The notes beneath the pieces were generated by a model. That model worked only from the letters and a program-made list of their open reading frames with translations, made no database searches and was not told the DNA's origin. The translations under genes were made by a program, and so were the position numbers. A DNA stretch of 64,000 nucleotides from a bacterium (GTDB lineage: Bacteria; Patescibacteriota; Dojkabacteria; SC72; WJKH01): the NCBI GenBank assembly GCA_029547225.1, contig JAKPPS010000024.1:893-64892 (forward strand). The letters run 5' to 3'. Shown piece after piece: positions 7,749-17,617 of this stretch; the stretch's first letter is position 1, and every line of letters begins with the position of its first letter.

Positions 7749-10688
7749 ATGTCAAAGTTTAAACCAGTCGAACAAAATGTTGATTTTATAAAATTGGAGA
7801 CCGAATTACTAGAAAAATGGAATAAAGAGGGAATATATAAGAAGTATTTGTCAAAGAATGATGGATCTGATAAGAAGTTTTCATTTATGGATGGACCAAT
7901 AACAGCAAACAACTTTATGGGTGTTCATCATGCTTGGGGACGAACATTAAAGGATATTTATCAAAAATTTTATAACCTAAAAGGATATGAGCAACGATTT
8001 CAAAATGGTTTTGATAATCAAGGTTTATGGGTCGAAGTAAGTGTCGAGAAAGAAAAGGGTTTTAAATCAAAAAAAGATATTGAGACGTATGGGATTGATA
8101 AATTTGTAGAAGATTGTAAAAAATCGACATATGATTGGTCACTTGTACAAAGAGATCAATCGATAAGGCTTGGTTATTTTATGGATTGGGAAAATAGCTA
8201 TTACACTATGTCAGAAGAGAACAACTATACTATTTGGCACTTTCTCAAGAAATGTAACGAAAAAGGTTATATTTATAAGGGACTTGATATACTCCCATGG
8301 TGCCCAAGATGTGGTACCGCAATCTCTCAGCACGAAATATTAACTGATGAGTATAAGGAGATGGAAGATGAAGCGGTATATTTCAAGCTTAAGATAGATG
8401 GTAGAAGTAATGAGTATTTACTTGTTTGGACAACAACTCCTTGGACTTTAGTCGCAAATGTGGCGGTTGCGGTTTCAGAAGAACTAGAATATTCAAAGGT
8501 TAAAGTTGGTGATGAGATTCTTTATGTTGCTACTTCTCGTGTTGACTCCGTAATCTCTGATGAACATACAGTAGAAGGTACTGTGATGGGTACAGAGCTT
8601 ATTGGTTTAACATATCAACCATTGTACACGCCTGAAGTAATTCCTGCCTTATCGGAATATAAAGCACCATATAAAGTTGTTTCCGGTGGTATGTATGTCG
8701 TTGTGTCAGATACTGAAGGTACTGGTATGGTGCATATTGCTCCAGGATGTGGAGCTGAGGATCACCAATTAGGTGAAAGTCTTGGTATGCCAAGTATTTC
8801 TCCCCTTGATGAGGCTGGAAAATACGTTGATGGTTATGGTTTTCTAACAGGTAAATTTGCTCACGATGTCAATCCAGATGTATTTGATTATTTGGAGAAA
8901 ATTGGTCGTTTATTTAAGAGTGAGAAATATAAGCACAGATATCCTAAATGTTGGAGATGTTCGACAAAACTAATATTTAGGTTGGCTGATGAGTGGTACA
9001 TTTCAATGAAGGATTTAAGATACGATATGATGGCAGTTACAAAGCAGATAAATTGGATTCCGTCATTTGGTATGGATCGTGAGCTAGAATGGCTCGAAAA
9101 TATGCATGACTGGTGTATTTCTAAGAAACGATATTGGGGCTTGGCTTTACCAATATGGGTGTGTAAGGATTGCGGAAATTTTGAAGTAATAGGCGGTCAG
9201 GAAGAATTAAAAGAGCGCGCAATAGAAGGTTGGGATAAGTTCGAAGGACATACTCCTCACAGACCTTATGTTGACGAGATAAAGATAAAATGCAGTAAAT
9301 GTGGTGGCGTTTCAGAAAGAGTTAAGGATGTCGGTAATCCGTGGCTTGATGCTGGAATTGTGCCATTCTCTACATTAAATTATACGACCAACAATGATAA
9401 TTGGAAGAAATGGTATCCTACAGATTTTGTTTGTGAATGCTTCCCGGGTCAATTTAAGAACTGGTTTTATTCCTTGATAGCTATGTCGACCGTACTTGAG
9501 GATAAACCACCATTTAGAAATCTGCTTGGTCATGAAATTGTTAAGGATGAACATGGTGAGGAGATGCATAAGTCCAAGGGAAATTCGATAGCCTTTGATG
9601 ATGCAGCAAATAAAGCTGGTGCGGATATACTTAGGTGGGCATATGTAAAACAAAATCCTACCAATCAGATGCTTTTCGGCTTCAAGTTGACTGAGGATTA
9701 TAAAAAGAATTTCTATCTCATACTTTGGAATATATATAAGTATTTTATTACTTATGCCGATTTAGCTAATTTCGAACCAACAAAAAATGATATAAGAGAA
9801 TTAGAGCTTACGATATTAGATAAATGGTTGTTATCAAGACTTAATACACTAATCAAAACAACCGATGAATATATGCTCAAATATGATCACACGGTTGTCA
9901 CTAAAGCTCTTGAGGAATTTATACTTGAACTTTCAACTTGGTATATTCGAAGAAGCCGAGATAGATTTGCTGATTTAGATAATGTTGCACTAAACATGCT
10001 TTACTACACTCTAAAAAGAGTAATAATTCTACTTTCGATATTTATGCCATTCATCTCTGAGGAGATGTATCAAAACATTGTAAAAAGTGTTGATTCTGAA
10101 TCAAAAGAAAGTGTTCATCTCGAGGACTTTCCTTTATTTGATGAAAAAAGTATTGATAGCAAAATGGAAGAACAGATGCAATCAATTAAACAGCTTTCAA
10201 GTCTTGGTCAATCAATAAGAGTTAGTAATGCATTAAAAATTAGGCAACCACTTTCTGAGATTCAGATAAAAGGTGTGAAGCTAGATCAGGAGTATCTTGA
10301 TATTCTACTTAACGAATTAAATATTAAGAAATGCTCTATTGTTGAAAATTTACCAGAAGGTGATAATTGGAAATCAGCAGATGATAATTTCATCTCAATT
10401 GCAATAGATGCTAATCTTACTGACGAGTTGAAGGCAGAAGGTTTTTTGCGAGAATTTATTAGATCAATTCAAAATGAGCGCAAAAAGAATGGTCTAATTG
10501 TCGGCGAATCTGTTTATGTCCATGCAAAGGGTTTTGATGAAAGTCAGAAGAAGATTATTTCTGAAAATATTGAAAGCATTAAATCTCAGGTTTATGCGAG
10601 TGAAGTCGATCTTACCGATAATAATGAAGAGAAAACCAATATTGACAATATAAAGGTTGTGACAATTACAAACAATCTAGCTAATTAA
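7749..10688 (+). CDS. ileS: Isoleucine--tRNA ligase (IleRS2 type)
   Basis: DGPITAN, WTTTPWTL, GTGMVHIAP, DWCISKKRYWG; variant GVHH and EMHKS motifs. Confidence 0.95.
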   Translation: MSKFKPVEQNVDFIKLETELLEKWNKEGIYKKYLSKNDGSDKKFSFMDGPITANNFMGVHHAWGRTLKDIYQKFYNLKGYEQRFQNGFDNQGLWVEVSVEKEKGFKSKKDIETYGIDKFVEDCKKSTYDWSLVQRDQSIRLGYFMDWENSYYTMSEENNYTIWHFLKKCNEKGYIYKGLDILPWCPRCGTAISQHEILTDEYKEMEDEAVYFKLKIDGRSNEYLLVWTTTPWTLVANVAVAVSEELEYSKVKVGDEILYVATSRVDSVISDEHTVEGTVMGTELIGLTYQPLYTPEVIPALSEYKAPYKVVSGGMYVVVSDTEGTGMVHIAPGCGAEDHQLGESLGMPSISPLDEAGKYVDGYGFLTGKFAHDVNPDVFDYLEKIGRLFKSEKYKHRYPKCWRCSTKLIFRLADEWYISMKDLRYDMMAVTKQINWIPSFGMDRELEWLENMHDWCISKKRYWGLALPIWVCKDCGNFEVIGGQEELKERAIEGWDKFEGHTPHRPYVDEIKIKCSKCGGVSERVKDVGNPWLDAGIVPFSTLNYTTNNDNWKKWYPTDFVCECFPGQFKNWFYSLIAMSTVLEDKPPFRNLLGHEIVKDEHGEEMHKSKGNSIAFDDAANKAGADILRWAYVKQNPTNQMLFGFKLTEDYKKNFYLILWNIYKYFITYADLANFEPTKNDIRELELTILDKWLLSRLNTLIKTTDEYMLKYDHTVVTKALEEFILELSTWYIRRSRDRFADLDNVALNMLYYTLKRVIILLSIFMPFISEEMYQNIVKSVDSESKESVHLEDFPLFDEKSIDSKMEEQMQSIKQLSSLGQSIRVSNALKIRQPLSEIQIKGVKLDQEYLDILLNELNIKKCSIVENLPEGDNWKSADDNFISIAIDANLTDELKAEGFLREFIRSIQNERKKNGLIVGESVYVHAKGFDESQKKIISENIESIKSQVYASEVDLTDNNEEKTNIDNIKVVTITNNLAN

Positions 10689-10690
10689 AT

Positions 10691-11971
10691 ATGAATAGAA
10701 ATAATGATTGGATTATAACCATTTCTGCAATTCTAACATCAATAATTGGATTGGTGGCCTTGCTTTCTACTTCGATAACAACAACTGGTGAAGTGTTATG
10801 GCAAGGAACGTTTCTGAAGCAAATAATATTTGTAGTTATTGGTTTAGTAATATACTGGGCAATCTCAAAGTTCGATTATACATATTTTAAGCATATTCAA
10901 GTTGCTGGAATAATATATATTGCTGTTTTACTTTTACTTATAATCACATTAATCTGGGGAACAACGGTTAATGCCGCGAAAAGATGGCTAGTTATCGCTG
11001 GATTTCAAATTCAGCCATCAGAATTTGCTAAGATAGCTATCATTATTCTAACAGCGAGTATATTGCAATTAAAAAATAGGTATAACCAATATTTGTTAGC
11101 AGGTATTTCATTTTTACCAGCTCTTTTGATGGCAATATTAATCTATGTACAGCCACATGGAAGTATGGCGATAATACTTATGGCTTTATGGTTTCTTACT
11201 GTTTTTACTTGTCTGGACAAACAGTTGTTTAATCTCCTTATCTCGATTTCAGCATTCGCGGTCTTTGCAGGTATTGTCGCAATATTCTTTAATCTGACTC
11301 TCTTTGGCGTGATAAGCTTGTTAGTCGGATTATTTGTAACAGTTTTAAATTTTGCTATTCATCAACGGTTTCGCAAATTTATAGTTATTGCTTTCGGGAT
11401 TATTGTTTCTGCAGGTTTGGTATTTGGAGTTCTCTGGAACAGTGTATTATGGAAGAGCGTAATTTTTCAACATCAGAAGGATAGAATAGTCGCGTTTATT
11501 AATCCAGAGGAAACTGCTAGTGCTGAAGGTTTCAATGTTGATCAGGCAAAAGTTGCAATTGGATCTGGTCAAATTTTTGGTAAAGGTTTCGGGTATGGTA
11601 CTCAGAGTAAATTACATTTTCTTCCTGAATTTCAGACAGACTTTATTTTCGCATCATACTGTGAAGAATTTGGACTTGTTGGTGCAATGATATTGCTTAT
11701 ATTACTGGCAACGCTAGTGTATCGGATACTTTATCATTCATTAAAATTGAAAGGCTCATTTGAAGCGTCTGTACTGCTCGTGTTAGGCCTCAAAATACTT
11801 ATTGAGATATTTATCAACATTGGTACAAATACGGGTATTATACCAGCTACAGGCATTCCTTTGCCATTGGTTAGTGCTGGTGGTAGTATAACTATAACAA
11901 CCTTCCTTGCATTAGGTATAATTCAGAGTATAATTAATGGTAAGGTTGACAATTCTTTAATATTAGATTAA
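10691..11971 (+). CDS. rodA: SEDS family peptidoglycan glycosyltransferase (RodA/FtsW)
   Basis: AKRWL, IQPSEFAK, LPEFQTDFIF, TGIPLPLVSAGG. Confidence 0.85.
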   Translation: MNRNNDWIITISAILTSIIGLVALLSTSITTTGEVLWQGTFLKQIIFVVIGLVIYWAISKFDYTYFKHIQVAGIIYIAVLLLLIITLIWGTTVNAAKRWLVIAGFQIQPSEFAKIAIIILTASILQLKNRYNQYLLAGISFLPALLMAILIYVQPHGSMAIILMALWFLTVFTCLDKQLFNLLISISAFAVFAGIVAIFFNLTLFGVISLLVGLFVTVLNFAIHQRFRKFIVIAFGIIVSAGLVFGVLWNSVLWKSVIFQHQKDRIVAFINPEETASAEGFNVDQAKVAIGSGQIFGKGFGYGTQSKLHFLPEFQTDFIFASYCEEFGLVGAMILLILLATLVYRILYHSLKLKGSFEASVLLVLGLKILIEIFINIGTNTGIIPATGIPLPLVSAGGSITITTFLALGIIQSIINGKVDNSLILD

Positions 11972-11974
11972 AAT
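11946..11974 (+). promoter_or_regulatory. Sigma70-type promoter for rplU
   Basis: TTGACA-17 nt-TAAAAT, 8 nt before the ATG at 11983. Confidence 0.75.
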
Positions 11975-11982
11975 TGCGCGTT

Positions 11983-12303
11983 ATGGAGAACAAATATGCA
12001 GTTATAAAAATCGCTGGTGGTCAGCTTCTAGTTGAGGAAGGCCAAAAGTACGAGATTCAGAAAATATCTGGAAATGTCGGTGATATTATCGTTAATGAGG
12101 AAGTATTATTGATCGTTGACGGTGATAAAGTCGAAGTTGGTAAGCCAAACATCAAAGGTGCAAAGGTGGAGATGCTTTTTGTAGAAGCTAAGAAAGGTGA
12201 TAAAATTGAGGGCTTCAAATATAAAGCAAAAGCACGTTATCAAAAACACTTTGGTTCTAGGCAATCATTATCAATAGTGGAAATTAAAAAGATTTCATAC
12301 TAA
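11983..12303 (+). CDS. rplU: 50S ribosomal protein L21
   Basis: YAVIKIAGGQ..VEEG, KGDKI..FKYK.K.RY...GSRQ. Confidence 0.95.
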   Translation: MENKYAVIKIAGGQLLVEEGQKYEIQKISGNVGDIIVNEEVLLIVDGDKVEVGKPNIKGAKVEMLFVEAKKGDKIEGFKYKAKARYQKHFGSRQSLSIVEIKKISY

Positions 12304-12312
12304 TATATTTAC

Positions 12313-13449
12313 ATGAAGTATTTTTTTCAGCCCGGACGCATGTCCGATCTTGCTTGGGCAGAGTTATGCTCTGTTGTATCAAACTTTGCACCTGGCGTTG
12401 TTGTAAAGCGATTAAATGGTCGTATTTTTTTTGTAGATATTACTTCTGGAACGATAGATATTATTAAGATTTTTCAACGATTGGGTGGTTTTATTAGGGT
12501 AGGTGAGATGATCGAAAACCTAGATCTTTTTCTTGAGTATTTCAATCAAAAAAATATTACTTTTGGAGTGTCACCAGATATTTATGGTCAAGGGAATTAC
12601 ATTGAAGTCGCAAACGAAGTAAAAGACTTTTTTAAAGAAAAGGGAGTTAGCTCAAGATATATTATTACTGAAAATACCGCTTCAGTGATTCATAATAATC
12701 TTATAGATGATGGTTTTGAACTCTTAGTGTTGGATCTGGGTAAGGATATGGTATTGGGTCGTACTTTAGCCGTACAAGATATTGAAGAGTATGCAGTAAG
12801 AGATTTTGATAGACCGAATATCGATAAAAAAATGGGTATGCTACCTCCGAAACTTGCTCGAATCATGGTGAACCTTTTGGGTATGCCTGATGAAGGTACA
12901 GTATGGGATCCCTTTTGTGGCTCTGGAACAATACTTACTGAAGCTTTGACTTTAGGATATAGCGTTTTAGGTTCAGATATCGATAAGAAAGCTATTAGAA
13001 ATAGTAATGCAAATATTGAGTGGACTTTGGAAAGGATAAAATTTAATAATCAGAGGTATCGTACATTTATTTTTGATATCCTAGATCCTGATCGTGCTAT
13101 GATCAAGACACTTAGCAAAACACAGATAGATGGTGTTGCTTTTGAACCATTTATGGGTCCTCCTCAAAGAAATATTGTTAAAATCGGGAGAGCTCAAGAA
13201 TTAATCATGGGTGTTAGTGATCAATTAAAAGCTTTTGTTGAGCTCACTCGAGGTATAAATCTTAGAGGTAAAAAGGTTGTATTTGTTAATCCATCATATA
13301 AATCAGAATCTGGTTGGGTTTCATTGAGATTAAACCAGATAATTCCTAAATCATGGTATCGGTCTTTTAGCAATGAAAAGCTTGAATTGTATTGGGAAAG
13401 ACCACATAGCATAATTCGTAGAAATATTTTGATTTATACGGTAAAGTAG
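12313..13449 (+). CDS. TRM11/UPF0020-like RNA methyltransferase
   Basis: GMLPPKLARIMVNL, WDPFCGSGT, FEPFMGPP. Confidence 0.8.
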   Translation: MKYFFQPGRMSDLAWAELCSVVSNFAPGVVVKRLNGRIFFVDITSGTIDIIKIFQRLGGFIRVGEMIENLDLFLEYFNQKNITFGVSPDIYGQGNYIEVANEVKDFFKEKGVSSRYIITENTASVIHNNLIDDGFELLVLDLGKDMVLGRTLAVQDIEEYAVRDFDRPNIDKKMGMLPPKLARIMVNLLGMPDEGTVWDPFCGSGTILTEALTLGYSVLGSDIDKKAIRNSNANIEWTLERIKFNNQRYRTFIFDILDPDRAMIKTLSKTQIDGVAFEPFMGPPQRNIVKIGRAQELIMGVSDQLKAFVELTRGINLRGKKVVFVNPSYKSESGWVSLRLNQIIPKSWYRSFSNEKLELYWERPHSIIRRNILIYTVK

Positions 13450-13555
13450 TATATAATACTTGGCAACCTGTGTTTATTCGATGATTAAGAAATGAGTGAA
13501 GTTAAGTTGTCGTGTTAACACAATTATCATAAAATAAGTTAGTTACTAAAAAAAT

Positions 13556-13954
13556 ATGTCACATGTTAAAGCTGGTGGTGCAGTATCACAAACAAAAAAT
13601 ATGGTCGGTAAGAGACTTGGCGTTAAGAAATTTGAAGGCCAACTTGTTACCAACGGTACAATTCTAGTCAGACAAAGAGGTTCAGTCTTCCATGCAGGTA
13701 AAAACACCAAACTCGATAGAAAATATTCAATTTATGCTGTTGTTGACGGTATTGTAAAGTATCGAAGAATGTCTGGCGATAAGCGAGCAAATTACTATGT
13801 TGATGTTATCCCTGCAGCACAATCTGAAACAAAACCAGAAGCAAAAAAAGTAAAAGCTGAAGTCGAAGTGAAGAAACCAACAGTATCAAAGGCAAAAAAG
13901 AGTGAGACAAAGTCAACTACAACTAAAAAAGCTAAAGTAGCTTCAAAGAAGTAG
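13556..13954 (+). CDS. rpmA: 50S ribosomal protein L27 with Lys-rich C-terminal extension
   Basis: MSHVKAGG, GKRLGVK, ILVRQRG. Confidence 0.97.
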   Translation: MSHVKAGGAVSQTKNMVGKRLGVKKFEGQLVTNGTILVRQRGSVFHAGKNTKLDRKYSIYAVVDGIVKYRRMSGDKRANYYVDVIPAAQSETKPEAKKVKAEVEVKKPTVSKAKKSETKSTTTKKAKVASKK

Positions 13955-13960
13955 TTTTTT

Positions 13961-14182
13961 GTATCCATGCGCTTTCTTATAAGCGATATTGTACCATTGC
14001 AATAAAATCCGTCACTGTGTAATCATCTTATTCACGCGTTCTTGAAATAATCGGTTAATCGATGAATATCAATTTTTCTATAGCCATTATTGAAAACTCC
14101 AAAAGTGATTGTGGTAATTTCTCAGATAAATGCACGGTTTGTAATGGTGATGGATAATTTTGAAAAAATACGCATGGTTATA
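13961..14182. repeat. Divergent copy (D) of the intergenic palindromic element
   Basis: Terminal inverted repeat TATCCATGCG...CGCATGGTTA. Contains the reverse complement of TATCCATCACCAT, a 13-mer identical to copy B. Confidence 0.4.
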
Positions 14183-14264
14183 AAAATTATTAAGTTAAAA
14201 AGTTAAAAGTTACAGTTTGATTATTTTGTAGTATAATTAGATATTAAAATTAAGGTGTATTGAT

Positions 14265-15020
14265 ATGAAAGACAGATTTGTCCAGATTGAGAGTAAAAAT
14301 GCAGTTCTTGAGATGTTAAAAGAGGGTAGAGTAGTAAAGCGAATTTTTATGGCACGCAATGCTTATAAAGATCCTAAAACATTAGAAATACTCAATATCG
14401 CGCAGAAAAAGGGTATCAATGTTGAAGTTGTAGCTCGAAGACAATTAGATCACAAACTTAAGGGTGGTAGTAAAGAAAGTCTTATTGCTTGGGTCGAGCC
14501 ATTGAATAGAATTTCTTTAGATCAGATGCTTGATAATATCTACAAGAGTGGTGATGATCCCTTCATATTAATCTTTGATGATGTTAAATATGCTCAGAAT
14601 ATCGGTGCTATTATGCGTACTGGTTTCGCGGCATATGTTAATGGTGTTATCTCTCCTATCAAGAAAGATGCATTTATAAATGATGAGATTATTCGAATTT
14701 CTATGGGAGCTTGTGAAAGGATTCCTATGATTGAAATGAACTTGTTTACTGCCATCAAAGAAATGCAAGATAATGGTATAAAGGTCTGTGCTTTAGATAT
14801 GGAGGGAGAACCTTATTTCGATGCAGACTTAACCGGACCAGTAGCTTTTATACTTGGTGCTGAGGATACTGGTGTTTCTAACAAGATTATGGAACGTGTT
14901 GATACAAGATTATCTATACCTATGAAAGAAGGAATTGGCTCACTAAACGTAAGTGCTAGTGCAGCTATCGTAATGTTTGAGAAAATCAGGCAAGAAGTAT
15001 TCAAGAATAGGGCAAAGTAA
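14265..15020 (+). CDS. rlmB: TrmH/SpoU family rRNA methyltransferase (RlmB-like)
   Basis: NIGAIMRT, ILGAEDTGVS, IPMKEGIGSLNVSAS. Confidence 0.85.
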   Translation: MKDRFVQIESKNAVLEMLKEGRVVKRIFMARNAYKDPKTLEILNIAQKKGINVEVVARRQLDHKLKGGSKESLIAWVEPLNRISLDQMLDNIYKSGDDPFILIFDDVKYAQNIGAIMRTGFAAYVNGVISPIKKDAFINDEIIRISMGACERIPMIEMNLFTAIKEMQDNGIKVCALDMEGEPYFDADLTGPVAFILGAEDTGVSNKIMERVDTRLSIPMKEGIGSLNVSASAAIVMFEKIRQEVFKNRAK

Positions 15021-15108
15021 TAATTCTGCTTGTGAGCTGAATTAATCTGATAGAGGCACTTTTCTCGTAAATGCTGGGAAGTTTTACTGGATTGATTACG
15101 GAATCTAT

Positions 15109-15966
15109 TTAAACCAACTTTCCCATTATATCCTTAAACTCTTTGTCGTTAAGAAATCTAATTACAATTTTGCCACCTGTATTTAATTTCACTACATTGG
15201 CTGTATAACCGATTTTCTTTGAGAATTTTGAAATGATATCCTTATCTTCCTGGCTTAATAAATCAATAGATTTCTTTGCTGTCGGCTTTCCAAAATTGAT
15301 TTTACGGACTAAATCTTCAGTTTCTCTAACGCTCAATCCTCTTTTCACAACAATTTTTGCAGTAGCTATTGCTGATGAGATATCTGTTAGCCCAAGCAAA
15401 GCTCTGGCATGTCCTTCAGAGAGTTCATTGTTTAAGACCATAGACTTTACCTCATCGCTGTGCGCAAGTATCCTAATCTTGTTTGTGATTGCGACACGGC
15501 TCATGCCTACTTTTTTTGATATTATCTCGTGTGTTAATCCAAATTCATCTTGTAATTGTTTAAAAGCTAAGCCTTCCTCGATTGGATTTAGATCCTTTCT
15601 CTGTATATTTTCGATGAGGGCGAGCTCCAACATTTCTAGTGGTGAAGTATCTTTTATTACGACTGGTACTGTTTTGAATCCGGCAAGTTGAGCGGCTCTA
15701 AAACGCCTCTCTCCAGCAATAAGAAAATATTTATCGTTATTATTTTTATCAGCCGTGATGATCAAAGGTTGGATAATTCCATGTTCTCTTATCGAATCAG
15801 ATAATTCTATTAACTCATCTGGACTTATATTCATACGAGGTTGGTAAGGGTTAGCAGATATTTTTTCAATATCGAATTTTTCTATGTATGAAGAGCTATT
15901 TGCATAGCTGTCTGTGCTAATAAGAGCAGATAAACCTTTACCGAGTCGATTTGTTTCTTGATTCAT
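15109..15966 (-). CDS. parB: Chromosome partitioning protein ParB/Spo0J
   Basis: LGKGLSALI, NPYQPR, IAGERRFRA, IENIQRKDL. Confidence 0.97.
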   Translation of the reverse strand: MNQETNRLGKGLSALISTDSYANSSSYIEKFDIEKISANPYQPRMNISPDELIELSDSIREHGIIQPLIITADKNNNDKYFLIAGERRFRAAQLAGFKTVPVVIKDTSPLEMLELALIENIQRKDLNPIEEGLAFKQLQDEFGLTHEIISKKVGMSRVAITNKIRILAHSDEVKSMVLNNELSEGHARALLGLTDISSAIATAKIVVKRGLSVRETEDLVRKINFGKPTAKKSIDLLSQEDKDIISKFSKKIGYTANVVKLNTGGKIVIRFLNDKEFKDIMGKLV

Positions 15967-15983
15967 AGTTATTGCTATACAAA

Positions 15984-16775
15984 TTAATTAAATCGTTCAA
16001 TAAACTCTTCTGCAAGCCGTTTATATGCTAAAGCACCAGTTGATTTTGGATCATATTCCTCTATAGTTTTACCGTGTGAAGGAGCCTCAGATAATCGAAC
16101 ATTGCGAGGAACTATTGTCGTAAAAACCTTTTCTTTGAAAAATTCTTTAACATCATTTACAACCTGTTCTGCAAGCTTGGTACGGCTATCAAACATTGTA
16201 AGTATTATCCCTCCGATTGCGAGTTTTGGATTGATTCCTTTTATCAGATCTACAGTTCTCAGTAATTGGCCAAGACCTTCAAGAGCGAAGTATTCACACT
16301 GGATTGGTACGATTAAGTAATCTGATGCATTTAATGCGTTTATTGTTAATAAACCTAGAGAAGGAGGGCAATCAATTATCACATAATCTATTTGCTGATT
16401 AAAATTCTCAAGAGCTTTTTTAAGCAATGTCTCTCGAGCGAGTACATTTACCATTTCAATTTCAGCACCTGCAAGCGAAAGATTTGATGGTATAAGAAAA
16501 AGGTTAGGTGTGTTTGTTGATACAAAAACCTGAGAAATTGGATCATTGTTGATAAGCACATCATATATGCTTTTATAGGGAGATGGCTGATTCTCGTCCC
16601 AACTGTCTGCTTTAAAAGCTTTTGTAAATCCAACCCCTGATGAAAGATTTGCCTGAGGATCAAGATCTACAAGTAATACTTTTTTACCTGTCAATGCGAG
16701 ATTAGCGCCTAAGTTCATAGCTGTAGTCGTTTTACCGACTCCACCTTTTTGATTAGCTATTACAAAAATCTTCAT
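15984..16775 (-). CDS. parA: ParA/Soj ATPase
   Basis: NQKGGVGKTT, DCPPSLG, RNVRLSEAPSHG. Confidence 0.97.
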   Translation of the reverse strand: MKIFVIANQKGGVGKTTTAMNLGANLALTGKKVLLVDLDPQANLSSGVGFTKAFKADSWDENQPSPYKSIYDVLINNDPISQVFVSTNTPNLFLIPSNLSLAGAEIEMVNVLARETLLKKALENFNQQIDYVIIDCPPSLGLLTINALNASDYLIVPIQCEYFALEGLGQLLRTVDLIKGINPKLAIGGIILTMFDSRTKLAEQVVNDVKEFFKEKVFTTIVPRNVRLSEAPSHGKTIEEYDPKSTGALAYKRLAEEFIERFN

Positions 16776-16784
16776 ATTATTATT

Positions 16785-17423
16785 TTACTGATATTTTGCG
16801 TGTTCTACAAGTCGCAAATCGGAGAATGGATAATATACTAACCAAGCCTTACCTTTGAGTAAATCGAGGCTTATTGGTCCGAAGTTTCTTGAATCACTAC
16901 TATTGGGCCTATTATCACCACATACAAATATTTTCCCGTCTGGAACGGTAATAGACTGACCTTCTTTGAGATAGTCATCACCATTTGTATATACAGATGA
17001 TTTAAGATATTCACTTTCGTCAAGCACATTGCCATTAAGTACTAATTTACCATCTTGAATAGCTACTGTATCGCCAGGCAGCCCGATTACTCTTTTAATA
17101 TAATCTTCTGTCTCAGAATGTTTAAAAATAATCACATCACCACGATTAGGTAATTTGGTCTTGTAGATAACTTTATTTGCGATCAAATATTCTCCATTGG
17201 CAAAATTTGGATCCATAGAATGGCCTATTACTTCGTGAGGTGAAAGTAAAAAAAGATATACTACTACAGCTAATGCTAATGCAACAACTAGTACTTCAAT
17301 CAGAAAATAGAGTACACCTCCAACAGCACCAAAAAATGATAATGTCCTTTTAATACCTTTTGGCTCACTCTGACCTTGTAAATCGTACATATTTTTGGCA
17401 GTTAAATTAGCTTTCCAATTCAA
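16785..17423 (-). CDS. lepB: Signal peptidase I
   Basis: GHSMDP, YIKRVIGLPGD, GDNRPNSSDSR. Confidence 0.95.
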   Translation of the reverse strand: MNWKANLTAKNMYDLQGQSEPKGIKRTLSFFGAVGGVLYFLIEVLVVALALAVVVYLFLLSPHEVIGHSMDPNFANGEYLIANKVIYKTKLPNRGDVIIFKHSETEDYIKRVIGLPGDTVAIQDGKLVLNGNVLDESEYLKSSVYTNGDDYLKEGQSITVPDGKIFVCGDNRPNSSDSRNFGPISLDLLKGKAWLVYYPFSDLRLVEHAKYQ

Positions 17424-17529
17424 TAATTAACCACTTTATAAATATATTTAAAAAATATGGATTTCTATAAAAAGTAATAAATAATCCAATATTTTTTAAA
17501 TTAAAGCAGTTATGATTATTAATAAAAAA

Positions 17530-17601
17530 TACCGCTACAGGGAATCGAACCCTGGTTTACAGGATGAAAACCTGTTATCCTAACCCCTAGATGATAGCGG
17601 C
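17530..17601 (-). tRNA. tRNA-Glu (TTC)
   Basis: Cloverleaf GCCGCTA...ACAGG-TTTTCAT-CCTGT...GGTTCGATTCC; no encoded CCA. Confidence 0.95.
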
Positions 17602-17617
17602 TTACTAACTAAGTATT

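Noticed and set aside
14062..14157. 31-aa ORF MNINFSIAIIENSKSDCGNFSDKCTVCNGDG with a CxxCxGxG-like end
   Set aside because: Very short, single motif, lies within the putative palindromic element, and has no supporting neighbours; likely chance
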